63,179 bases of DNA from an uncultured Pelagibacteraceae bacterium (lineage in GTDB: Bacteria > Pseudomonadota > Alphaproteobacteria > Pelagibacterales > Pelagibacteraceae). The stretch spans positions 1 through 63,179 of the forward strand of contig CACLKK010000001.1 in NCBI GenBank assembly GCA_902607525.1, in the 5' to 3' direction. Shown piece after piece: positions 17,689 to 26,032 of this stretch (position 1 is its first letter; the number at the start of each line of letters is the position of its first letter). The notes beneath the pieces are model-generated. The model worked only from the letters and a program-made list of their open reading frames with translations, ran no database searches and was not told the DNA's origin. The position numbers and the translations under genes were made by a program.

Positions 17689-19407
17689 TTATTTTTTATA
17701 AAAATTTTCTAAAATACTTTTATATTTTTGTATCACTTTGTTTCTTTTTACTTTCATCGTGGGCGTTAATAGACCATTTTCAATTGAAAAATTTTCATCG
17801 AGTAAAGAGAAATTTTTAATCTTCTCAACTAAAGTTAAATTTTTATTAATTTCATCTACAATTTCTTTTATTTTTTCTTTTTGGCTTATAAATTCTTTGC
17901 TTGGAACAATAAGTGCTACTAAATAATTTTTTCCTTCACCAAAAACCATAGCTTGTTCGATTGCTGGAGAATTTGTTAGCTGATTTTCAATTTTTGCTGG
18001 TGAAATATTATCTCCACCAGCACTAACTATTATGTCTTTTTTTCTATCTGTTATTTTTAAATAACCATCTTTCGGATCTATCTCACCTATATCTCCCGTA
18101 TATAACCAACCATCCTTTAAGACCTTTGACGTATCTTCTTTTTTATTCCAATAACCTAACATTACATTTTCACCTTTTACTAATATTTCTCCATCTTCAG
18201 CTATCTTGACTTGATTACCCTTAAATGGAGGGCCGACTGTTTCAACTCTAATCTTATGAATAGGATTGCAACTTACGACTGGGGAAGTTTCCGTAAGACC
18301 GTAACCTTGTAAGGTAGGTAAACCTATTGAATTTAAAAATTCACCTATTTCCTTATCTAGAGCTCCTCCTCCAGATACAAAAGCTTTTAAATTTCCACCA
18401 AATTGTTTTTTTACCTTTTTTCTAACTAAAACATCTACTAATCTATTTAAAAATTTTTCAGTTATGCTCATTTTTTTTCCTAATAATTTTTTCTTGCCTA
18501 AATTAATTGTAAGTTTGATTAATTTAGCTTTTAAGCCTGCAGCTTTTTTCATATTTATATTTATTTTGTTATATAAGTTTTGATAAAATCTTGGAACGGC
18601 GGTCATAATAGTTGGTTTTGCTTGCGAAATATTTTCTAAAAGCTTTTCTATTTTTTCTGCATAAAAAACTTTTGCACCAACTGCGATCTGTACAAACTGA
18701 ACGGCATGTTCGTAAGAATGAGATAAAGGAAGCCAGGTTAAAAAAATTGGTTTTTTATCAATTAACGGTTTTAAAATTTCTTGAGCACCTTCTAAATTAT
18801 TTAGTATTCCGCCGTGACTTAATATAACTCCTTTGGGATTTCCGGATGTTCCTGATGTATAAATAATACAAGCAGGCGAATTTCTTTTTAAATTTTTATT
18901 TTTTATATTTATATTCTGACCTAGCTGACCAGAAATTATGGTATCAAATTTTAAATATTTATCTTTATTTTCTACATCATTAATCTCATCAAATATAATT
19001 ACCTTTTTAATAAAATCTTTTTCTTGAATAATATTTTTTAATTTGTTGTGCATTTCATTATTAGAAATAATAATCACCGAAGGCTCACAATCCTCGATTA
19101 AATATTTATAATCTTTTTCTGTATAAGTGGTGTATGCAGGTACAGTGATTCCGTCAGCTAACATAATTGCCAAATCAGCGATTAACCATTCTGGCCTATT
19201 TTCAGAAACTAAAAGACATCTGTCTCCATTTAAAAGATTATCTTTTAAAACTTTTGCGAGTTTTTGAATACTTGTTGATGTTTCTCCCCAAGTATATTTT
19301 TTTTTATTTTTAGGATTTAGCCACTCTAAAAAATCTGCACTTGGATTTTCTTTTGCAGCTTTGTAAAAAAATAAATCAACTAAACTGTTAAATTCTTTCA
19401 AATTCAT
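17689..19407 (-). CDS. Long-chain fatty-acid-CoA ligase (AMP-dependent synthetase)
   Basis: 572 aa. YTSGTSGNPKGVILSH, GYGLTETSP and TGDIGEIDPKDGYLKITDRKKD. Confidence 0.9.
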   Translation of the reverse strand: MNLKEFNSLVDLFFYKAAKENPSADFLEWLNPKNKKKYTWGETSTSIQKLAKVLKDNLLNGDRCLLVSENRPEWLIADLAIMLADGITVPAYTTYTEKDYKYLIEDCEPSVIIISNNEMHNKLKNIIQEKDFIKKVIIFDEINDVENKDKYLKFDTIISGQLGQNINIKNKNLKRNSPACIIYTSGTSGNPKGVILSHGGILNNLEGAQEILKPLIDKKPIFLTWLPLSHSYEHAVQFVQIAVGAKVFYAEKIEKLLENISQAKPTIMTAVPRFYQNLYNKININMKKAAGLKAKLIKLTINLGKKKLLGKKMSITEKFLNRLVDVLVRKKVKKQFGGNLKAFVSGGGALDKEIGEFLNSIGLPTLQGYGLTETSPVVSCNPIHKIRVETVGPPFKGNQVKIAEDGEILVKGENVMLGYWNKKEDTSKVLKDGWLYTGDIGEIDPKDGYLKITDRKKDIIVSAGGDNISPAKIENQLTNSPAIEQAMVFGEGKNYLVALIVPSKEFISQKEKIKEIVDEINKNLTLVEKIKNFSLLDENFSIENGLLTPTMKVKRNKVIQKYKSILENFYKK

Positions 19408-19413
19408 TTATTT

Positions 19414-19500
19414 TGGTGGGCAAAGAGAGAATCGAACTCTCACAGTATTGCTACTACAGGATTTTGAGTCCTGCGCGTCTACCAGTTCCGCCATTCGCCC
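19414..19500 (-). tRNA. tRNA-Leu (anticodon CAA), class II long variable arm
   Basis: Reverse complement folds as acceptor GGGCGAA/TTTGCCC, a 3-bp D stem, anticodon stem CAGGA/TCCTG with loop CTCAAAA, variable arm AGTA-GCAA-TACT, T arm GAGAG-TTCGATT-CTCTC, encoded CCA. Confidence 0.9.
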
Positions 19501-19616
19501 ATTTTTCCCTTTTATTAATATTTACTAGGATATTATGTTTTTGAATCTATTAAAACGCAACTAAAAAATATTTTTACCTTTTTATATAGAGGCTTTGTAT
19601 TAGTTTATTTATTAAA

Positions 19617-20147
19617 TTAAGTAGATAAGGTTTTTGCTATACTTTTTTTATTAACAAAAAGTTCATATAAAATTTTTAGTAAAAAGAGATAGAATAGAGT
19701 GGAAATCAAAGTATTATGAAAGAAAGGTATTGCTAAAACGTAAGCACTTAGAAGGCCCTCAAAATTCTTTTCGTACATTTGCAGAGTTAGCCAAGCTCCA
19801 AAATTTGTAATAACAAAAAAAGAGAAAGAGCTAGCTAATCCGCTTAATAAAATTTCAGTAAATTTTAAACGTTTAACATATGAACCTATCAAAACTGCAG
19901 CGATCAAAGAAATATAAGTAAAAAACATTGTGCTATGAAATCCAAGAAATAGATCTCCAATAAACATTGAAAAAATTACCAGGAAAAAACCTAGATAAAT
20001 TTGTTTGAAATAAAAACCTGAGAATACACCAATTGCTAACACCGGTGTAAAATTCCAAGGATGTGGAATTAATCTAGATAACGCTAATATAAATATTAAG
20101 CTAATTGGAAAAATTTCTTTTTTAAAAACTGTAATAAATTTTTGCAT
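19617..20147 (-). CDS. Small polytopic membrane protein (DUF6580-like from memory); candidate corrinoid inner-membrane transporter
   Basis: 176 aa with about 5-6 hydrophobic helices and no cysteine. Motif RLIPHPWNFTPVLAIGVFSG. Starts 4 nt after the TonB-dependent receptor stop, so it belongs to the riboswitch-controlled transcription unit. Confidence 0.55.
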   Translation of the reverse strand: MQKFITVFKKEIFPISLIFILALSRLIPHPWNFTPVLAIGVFSGFYFKQIYLGFFLVIFSMFIGDLFLGFHSTMFFTYISLIAAVLIGSYVKRLKFTEILLSGLASSFSFFVITNFGAWLTLQMYEKNFEGLLSAYVLAIPFFHNTLISTLFYLFLLKILYELFVNKKSIAKTLST

Positions 20148-20151
20148 AAAC

Positions 20152-22080
20152 TCAATATACTCTTCTTATTCCAAAATTAAAAGACCTATCCATTTGAGAA
20201 TAATCTCTAACGGTCTCATATTTTTCATCCAAAATATTGTTTATATCCAAAAATAGATCAAAACTATTCCATAAATTATACTTTATCGATAAATCATTTA
20301 CTATATAATCATCTAATCTTTCATCTCGCCACGTTCTGTTTCCGTTTCCATAATCTCTGGCATCATCTGAAAACTTTGTGTTTAGAGAAAAATCTAAGTC
20401 TTTATAACCTGGAATTTTGAAATTTGTTTTCAAATTAATTAAATGCCTAGGAACTCGAACCAATTCTGTCATGAAATAACTTGCATTCTGATCAGGATCG
20501 TCTTGCTCTGCTCCATCATAAGTGGATGTATAAGTATAATTCAAACCAAAATTTAACTGATCGCTTTTTAACCATTTGCCATCAAGTTCCAAACCTTGAG
20601 ATTTAACTACACCAGGGAAGTTGTGTGTAGTCCAATCTCCTGATCCCTTCCAACCTTCAAGTGTATCGTTATACTTTATGTTAAAATAAGTAGCATCAAA
20701 ACTTAAACCTGAGTTTAAAAAAGATTTTTCAATTCCAAAATCAAAACTTTCACTAGTTTCCGCTTTCATTGAAGATTTGAATGAGTTAAGCCAATTAAGT
20801 TCGTAAAGAGAAGGAAAACGAAATCCTGTTCCATAAGAACTTTTTAACTTTGTAGTTTTGTCATCAAAAAGATAAGCTAATGTCGCTCTATGAGAATCTT
20901 CATTGCCTGCATGTTTGTGTTCATCAAATCTTGATCCAAATGTCGCATAAATATTATTAGTAACTCTGCTTTGATAATCAAAATAACTTGATGTTACATA
21001 TGCATGGTCATCTTTACGACCAACCATATTTTTGTTGTATCCCATTTTATCCTCTTCTCTTTCAAATCCAAATACAACACTGTTATCAAGATTAAAGTTA
21101 TAGTTACCTGAGTACATAAACCCATATCTAGTTCCATAATAATTATCTTGAGCTGTGTTACCGCTATTTGGAGTTTCCGCAACAATTCTTTCGATATAAG
21201 CATTTGATAATGTTAATTTATTAGTGAATTGACTATTGGGTTCATAAACCAAAGATATGTTTGCTGAAGACTGCAGAGCATCTAGCTCTTCGCTATGATC
21301 TGCTGTAGCAGTGTCGACTTCTTTGTCATACTGAGAATAGGTTTCTGCAACTCTTAGATTGCTTTCAAATTTTATTTTATCTGAAAATTTACGACCATAA
21401 TTTGCAACTATAGTATTATTTCTATATCTATCTTCTTCATCATTATGAGTCATTGCTGACATCCCGTCAGTTTGAAATCTTTCTATACCAACATAAAAAT
21501 CATCATTGTCATCTGCCCCGGATAATGAAAGTGATAAATTGTGAGTTCCATGGGTTGCGTTGTTGTACTGTATATTTTTTTGAAAACCAGGTTCACCTTT
21601 TTTAGTTGTAATATTTATGGTTCCTCCTATAGCTCCACTTCCATAAACAGAACTTTGATTACCTTTTAAAATTTCTACTCTAGCTATATTTTTTGTTAAA
21701 ATATGATTAAAATTAAAATCGTTCGATGGACTTGCTGGATCTGACATTTTAACACCATCGATATAAACTGTTGAATATCTTTTTGGCATACCTCTTAATT
21801 GAATAGCTGAAGTTTGTCCGTGACCACCACTTTGAAAGAAATTAATGCTGGTTGAGTTAGTTGATAAAGCATCTCCTAAAAAAAGCTCATTTGAATTTTT
21901 AAAAAATGTTTCATCAAGCACGGTTACAGATGTTCCTACGGTTGAAACAGATTGCGCTTTTTTACTTGGAGCTATAACAATTATAGGTATGTCTGCAGCA
22001 AATGCAGCATTAAAAGGTAAACTTAAAATTACTAATATTTTTACTAATTTTCTTAGCATAAGCATCATATTCAATGCCAC
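20152..22080 (-). CDS. btuB: TonB-dependent outer-membrane receptor, BtuB-like (vitamin B12/corrinoid)
   Basis: 642 aa. Signal peptide MLRKLVKILVILSLPFNAAFA, TonB-box-like DIPIIVIAPSK, plug-domain motifs (IEILKGNQSSVYGSGAIGGTINITTK) and a C-terminal beta-barrel ending ...FNFGIRRVY. Preceded by a cobalamin riboswitch. 22080 is a GTG and the true start may be one of the ATGs at 22068/22065/22059. Confidence 0.85.
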   Translation of the reverse strand: MALNMMLMLRKLVKILVILSLPFNAAFAADIPIIVIAPSKKAQSVSTVGTSVTVLDETFFKNSNELFLGDALSTNSTSINFFQSGGHGQTSAIQLRGMPKRYSTVYIDGVKMSDPASPSNDFNFNHILTKNIARVEILKGNQSSVYGSGAIGGTINITTKKGEPGFQKNIQYNNATHGTHNLSLSLSGADDNDDFYVGIERFQTDGMSAMTHNDEEDRYRNNTIVANYGRKFSDKIKFESNLRVAETYSQYDKEVDTATADHSEELDALQSSANISLVYEPNSQFTNKLTLSNAYIERIVAETPNSGNTAQDNYYGTRYGFMYSGNYNFNLDNSVVFGFEREEDKMGYNKNMVGRKDDHAYVTSSYFDYQSRVTNNIYATFGSRFDEHKHAGNEDSHRATLAYLFDDKTTKLKSSYGTGFRFPSLYELNWLNSFKSSMKAETSESFDFGIEKSFLNSGLSFDATYFNIKYNDTLEGWKGSGDWTTHNFPGVVKSQGLELDGKWLKSDQLNFGLNYTYTSTYDGAEQDDPDQNASYFMTELVRVPRHLINLKTNFKIPGYKDLDFSLNTKFSDDARDYGNGNRTWRDERLDDYIVNDLSIKYNLWNSFDLFLDINNILDEKYETVRDYSQMDRSFNFGIRRVY

Positions 22081-22099
22081 TGCTAATTTTGCATTGTAG

Positions 22100-22240
22100 A
22101 ATTAGACTTTTCCTGGCCTTCATTCAACAGCGGACTTTACCGGGTGGCGCTCGGACTTAAACTTTCGTTCACACCGTTGCAGGAACAGTCAATGAATCTC
22201 ACATTGTTCCCCACCATGCGTTTCGGTATTCGAAAGAGAT
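22100..22240 (-). promoter_or_regulatory. Cobalamin riboswitch (compact form without a large peripheral extension)
   Basis: Minus-strand RNA reads ...GCAUGGUGGGGAACAAUGUGAGAUUCAUUGACUGUUCCUGCAACGGUGUGAACGAAAGUUUAAGUCCGAGCGCCACCCGG... This matches the conserved GGGAA / GUGxGAAUC hairpin / CUG..CCxGCAACGGU core and a B12-box-like AAGUCCGAGCGCCACC whose GCCACC pairs with GGUGG(GG). Confidence 0.75.
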
Positions 22241-22280
22241 AATATAAAATAAAAAAAAAGTAAAGTTTTTTTTAATTGAA

Positions 22281-23132
22281 TTACGAAACCTTTTTAACAA
22301 AATATATAAAGATTAATGAAGTTGCGAACATTATTAGGCTATAAGTCGCAGCTGGTATAACATACATGCCTCCTCCAAAAATAGAAGTGGCCACAAATAT
22401 CGCTAGAGTTCCATTTTGCAAACCGCATTCAATAGTGATGCATTTTTTTTGCTCAGTTCCTGAAGCTAATAATTGGGCAATATAATATGCAACAACCATC
22501 ATAATCACATTAAGAACTAAAGTAATTAAACCAGCTTGGGCAAAATAAGATATTACATTTTCTCTTTCAGCTGCTATAGCGCCTAGTAAAACAAGTATAA
22601 AAAGAACAATGGATATTTTTTTTGCTACTGGTTCAAGTTTTGATGTCGCTTTATAAGAAATTTTTCTAAATATCATCCCTAATATTACAGGCACAGTAAC
22701 AATTAAAAACATATCTCGTGACATGCTAGCAATAGAAATATTTTGACTTACATCGGATAAGCCCAACAGATTAATAGAGGTTAAAACAATAAATGGAATT
22801 GTAAAAACACATATTAAACTAATTATTGCTGTAAGCGATATTGAAAGAGCAACATCTCCCTTAGCGAAGGATGTTAATAAATTTGAAGTTACACCACCAG
22901 GAGCCGCAGCAATAATCATTACTCCTATTGCAAGCTCAGGAGCTATTGGCCATATCTTAATAAGAATAAAAGCTATTATTGGTAGTAAAATAATTTGAGA
23001 AAAAGAACCTACAAAAAAATCGCGTGGTTGTTTTACTACCCTTAAAAAATCAGCACCAGTTAAACCCATCCCTAACACGAACATAATAAAGGCTAAAGCC
23101 AATGGTAAAATTACATCTGTAACAATATTCAT
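22281..23132 (-). CDS. Bile acid:sodium symporter (BASS) family transporter
   Basis: 283 aa and polytopic. Motifs AAAPGGVTSNLLTSFAKGDVALSISLT and ECGLQNGTLA are typical of the BASS/SBF family. Confidence 0.85.
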   Translation of the reverse strand: MNIVTDVILPLALAFIMFVLGMGLTGADFLRVVKQPRDFFVGSFSQIILLPIIAFILIKIWPIAPELAIGVMIIAAAPGGVTSNLLTSFAKGDVALSISLTAIISLICVFTIPFIVLTSINLLGLSDVSQNISIASMSRDMFLIVTVPVILGMIFRKISYKATSKLEPVAKKISIVLFILVLLGAIAAERENVISYFAQAGLITLVLNVIMMVVAYYIAQLLASGTEQKKCITIECGLQNGTLAIFVATSIFGGGMYVIPAATYSLIMFATSLIFIYFVKKVS

Positions 23133-23153
23133 ATGTGTTAGTATAAGGATTTT

Positions 23154-23786
23154 ATGAAGAAAATAATATTATTTTTTATTATCATAATATCGTTGTGTAA
23201 TAACGAGATTGGCGCCGCTCAAGAGCCTAAAGATTATCTTAAAGGTAAATTTTATAACAGTGTAAAAAATCACTTTTTAATTGCCACTGAAAAAATGACA
23301 GATGATAGATTCAGTGAAACTGTAATTGTAATGTTGGATAGTGACGAAAATGGAGCTTGGGGATTAACAATAAATAAACGCTTAGGAACAATGCCAATTG
23401 CCTTATTAATAGATCCTTCGCTGAGCACTTCGGAAGAAAGAGAAGAATTATTTAAAATAAATATCCCAATATTTTGGGGTGGTCCTGTTGACCCTAAAGA
23501 AATTTTTATACTACATTCAAACGAGTATAAAAGTGAAACTACTAAAAAGTATGATAAAATCTCAATAAGTCAGGATTATAAAATTTTATTTGATATAGCA
23601 AAAAACAAAGGACCTAAAAAAAGCTTAGTAATATTAGGATACTCAGGATGGGGGAGTGGACAATTAGAAGGGGAAATGGAAAGAGATCACTGGATTTTGT
23701 CAGACATTGATTTAGATATAACATTTGATATTGAATCAAAGAAAAAATGGGATAAAGCACTTAAAAATAGCTTTATAAAAATTTAA
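23154..23786 (+). CDS. YqgE/AlgH-family (UPF0301) protein with N-terminal signal-like extension
   Basis: 210 aa. Core FLIATEKMTDDRFSETVIVMLDSDENGAWGLTINKRLG...GGPV...GYSGWGSGQLEGEM matches the AlgH family. It is preceded by MKKIILFFIIIISLCNNEIGAAQE. Confidence 0.8.
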   Translation: MKKIILFFIIIISLCNNEIGAAQEPKDYLKGKFYNSVKNHFLIATEKMTDDRFSETVIVMLDSDENGAWGLTINKRLGTMPIALLIDPSLSTSEEREELFKINIPIFWGGPVDPKEIFILHSNEYKSETTKKYDKISISQDYKILFDIAKNKGPKKSLVILGYSGWGSGQLEGEMERDHWILSDIDLDITFDIESKKKWDKALKNSFIKI

Positions 23787-23792
23787 CTAATT

Positions 23793-24386
23793 ATGATTAA
23801 AAAATTTTATGATAAATGTGTCGCCTGGGCTGGACACAGATATGCCAAACCAATTCTCGCAATTGAAGCATTCATAGAAAGTTCTTTTTTCCCTATACCT
23901 CCAGATGTCATGATAATTCCAATGGTAATATCAAAAAAAAATGAATTTATTCGAATAGCTTTAATAGCAACTATTTTTTCAGTTTTAGGTGCTTTATTTG
24001 GTTATTATATTGGTTATTCCTTAAATGAAATCGCAATCAAAATTTTCGAATTATATGGTTATGAATATTCAGATAATTTTAAAGATAGATTTACAACTGG
24101 CGGAGGGTTTTTTGCCTGGCTAGGTATATTAGTTACTGCAGGTTTTACACCTTTGCCGTTTAAGCTTTTAACTATTTCTAGTGGAATTATTCATTTCAAC
24201 TTAATATCTTTTATTTTTATATGTATTGTAACAAGAGGTTTAAGATTTTTTATAGTCGCATATTTAACATTTAAGTTTGGCGAAAAAATAGGTCCTTTTT
24301 TAGATAAACAAGGTACGTATTGGAGTATTTTTGTTGCCGGATTAATTATTTTTTTAGCAGCATTAATTTACTTTCTTATTCGATAA
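23793..24386 (+). CDS. YqaA-family (DedA/SNARE-associated superfamily) inner-membrane protein
   Basis: 197 aa. Signature ESSFFPIPPDVMIIPM and 4-5 TM helices. Confidence 0.75.
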   Translation: MIKKFYDKCVAWAGHRYAKPILAIEAFIESSFFPIPPDVMIIPMVISKKNEFIRIALIATIFSVLGALFGYYIGYSLNEIAIKIFELYGYEYSDNFKDRFTTGGGFFAWLGILVTAGFTPLPFKLLTISSGIIHFNLISFIFICIVTRGLRFFIVAYLTFKFGEKIGPFLDKQGTYWSIFVAGLIIFLAALIYFLIR

Positions 24387-24391
24387 GAAAA

Positions 24392-24874
24392 ATGACTAAG
24401 CAAATAAATAAAAAAATTTTATTTGGTATTTTGATATTTATTTTTTTTGTTTTAGTTTTAGCTTTTGTAATTGAATACACATTTGGGCATCAGCCTTGTA
24501 AATTATGTCTTTACGAACGTATTCCATATTTTTTTTCAATATTACTAATATTAAAAATATTTTTTACCAAGGGTTATGAAAAAATTACTTTATTAATATT
24601 ATCTTTAGTTTTTATTATTAGCTCAATTTTGGCTTTTTATCATTTTGGTATAGAGCAGGGATTTTTTAAAGAGTCATTGGCTTGTGCAACCACAGATTTA
24701 TCAGAAAATTTAACGAAAGAAGAACTTTTAAAGCAGTTAAGCGAAAATACCATTAGTTGTAAGGATGTGAGCTTTAGAATACTTGGATTTTCCCTTGCTG
24801 CAATTAATACCATTTTTTCAATTGTATTAAGTGTTATATTTATAAGGTTATTTATTAGCTATGAAAAAAACTGA
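24392..24874 (+). CDS. dsbB: Disulfide bond formation protein B (DsbB family)
   Basis: The track ORF starts at 24320 and overlaps the upstream gene. The ATG at 24392 (MTKQINKK) follows that gene's stop. Has 4 TM helices, first Cys pair HQPCKLCLYERIPYF and a second periplasmic Cys pair (ACATTD...ISCKD). Confidence 0.8.
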   Translation: MTKQINKKILFGILIFIFFVLVLAFVIEYTFGHQPCKLCLYERIPYFFSILLILKIFFTKGYEKITLLILSLVFIISSILAFYHFGIEQGFFKESLACATTDLSENLTKEELLKQLSENTISCKDVSFRILGFSLAAINTIFSIVLSVIFIRLFISYEKN

Positions 24875-25394
24875 CAAAAAAATTCTAGAAGAAATTATTA
24901 GAGTCGATCACGCAGGTGAAAGAGGTGCAATTAAAATATATGAAGGACAATTGCTAGCTTTAAAAACTATAAAGCAAGATAAGTCTTTAAAAGAAAAAAT
25001 TGAAAAAATGAAAGAGCATGAAAAAGAACATTTGGAATATTTTGAAAAAGAAATTCAAAAAAGAAAAATTAAACCAACATATTTACTTCCGTTGTGGGAT
25101 ATAATGGGAGTTTCTTTGGGTTTTGGTTCAGCCTTACTAGGTAAAAAAGCAGCTATGTTGTGTACAGCTTCAGTAGAAGAGGTAATTGAAGATCATTATG
25201 AAAATCAACTCAAAAATTTAGGTAACGATGAAATGGAATTAAAAGCTAAAATTGAAAAATTTAAAGGTGACGAAATAAATCACAAAAATATTGCATATGA
25301 ATCTGGAGCAACAAATGAAGGAATTTATTCAATAATGGATAAAGTAATTAAAACAGGTTCAAGAATTGCAATAACTATTTCTGAAAAAATTTAG
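24861..25394 (+). CDS. coq7: Demethoxyubiquinone hydroxylase (Coq7 family, di-iron)
   Basis: 177 aa. IIRVDHAGERGAIKIYEGQ and ExxH motifs (MKEHEKEHLEYF, GDEINHKN). Overlaps dsbB by 14 nt. Confidence 0.85.
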   Translation: MKKTDKKILEEIIRVDHAGERGAIKIYEGQLLALKTIKQDKSLKEKIEKMKEHEKEHLEYFEKEIQKRKIKPTYLLPLWDIMGVSLGFGSALLGKKAAMLCTASVEEVIEDHYENQLKNLGNDEMELKAKIEKFKGDEINHKNIAYESGATNEGIYSIMDKVIKTGSRIAITISEKI

Positions 25395-25399
25395 CCTTA

Positions 25400-25969
25400 C
25401 TAAGGTAAAAGTTCAACATCCCAATAAAGATAATCCATCCAGCTTTCATGCAAGAAGTTAGGTGGAAAATTTCTTCCATTTTGGTGTAAATCATCTACTG
25501 TTGGTCTAAAAGGTTTTTTATATAAACTCATTCCAGAAATGGGATATAACCTTCCTCCTTTTTTTACATTACAAGTTGAACATGCGGTCACCACGTTTTC
25601 CCAATCAGTAACTCCACCTTTTGATTTTGGTAACAAATGGTCAAAAGTTAAATCTTTTTTATCTCCACAGTATTGACATGTAAATTTATCTCTTAAAAAA
25701 ACATTAAATCTTGTAAAGCTTGGATGTTCAGATGGTTTGATAAAATTTTTTAAAGCTATGACGCTTGGTAAACTCATCTCAAATGAAGGGCTTCTTATTT
25801 TTCTTTCGTAATTTGATACTATGCTTACTCTCTCAAGAAAAACTGATTTTACTGCATCTTGCCAACACCAAAGTGAGAGAGGATAATAGCTCAAAGGCCG
25901 AAAATCAGCATTTAATACTAATGCTGGACATTTTTCTAAAGGCACTCTCTCAGAAGATCCTATTATCAT
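25400..25969 (-). CDS. HNH endonuclease-domain protein (stand-alone)
   Basis: 189 aa. CQYCGDKKDLTFDHLLPKSKGGVTDWENVVTACSTCNVKKG is a canonical HNH/CX2C...CX2C zinc-finger nuclease motif. Confidence 0.85.
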   Translation of the reverse strand: MIIGSSERVPLEKCPALVLNADFRPLSYYPLSLWCWQDAVKSVFLERVSIVSNYERKIRSPSFEMSLPSVIALKNFIKPSEHPSFTRFNVFLRDKFTCQYCGDKKDLTFDHLLPKSKGGVTDWENVVTACSTCNVKKGGRLYPISGMSLYKKPFRPTVDDLHQNGRNFPPNFLHESWMDYLYWDVELLP

Positions 25970-26032
25970 ACAAATAAGTTAACGGATTAAAATAACTTTT
26001 GCAAGAAGTAGTTTGTTAAAAAAATGTTTCAA

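Noticed and set aside
25400-25969. The HNH protein as part of a restriction-modification or other defence system.
   Set aside because: There is no methyltransferase, specificity subunit, helicase or nuclease partner, and no toxin-like neighbour within several kb. Neighbours are coq7 and an esterase.
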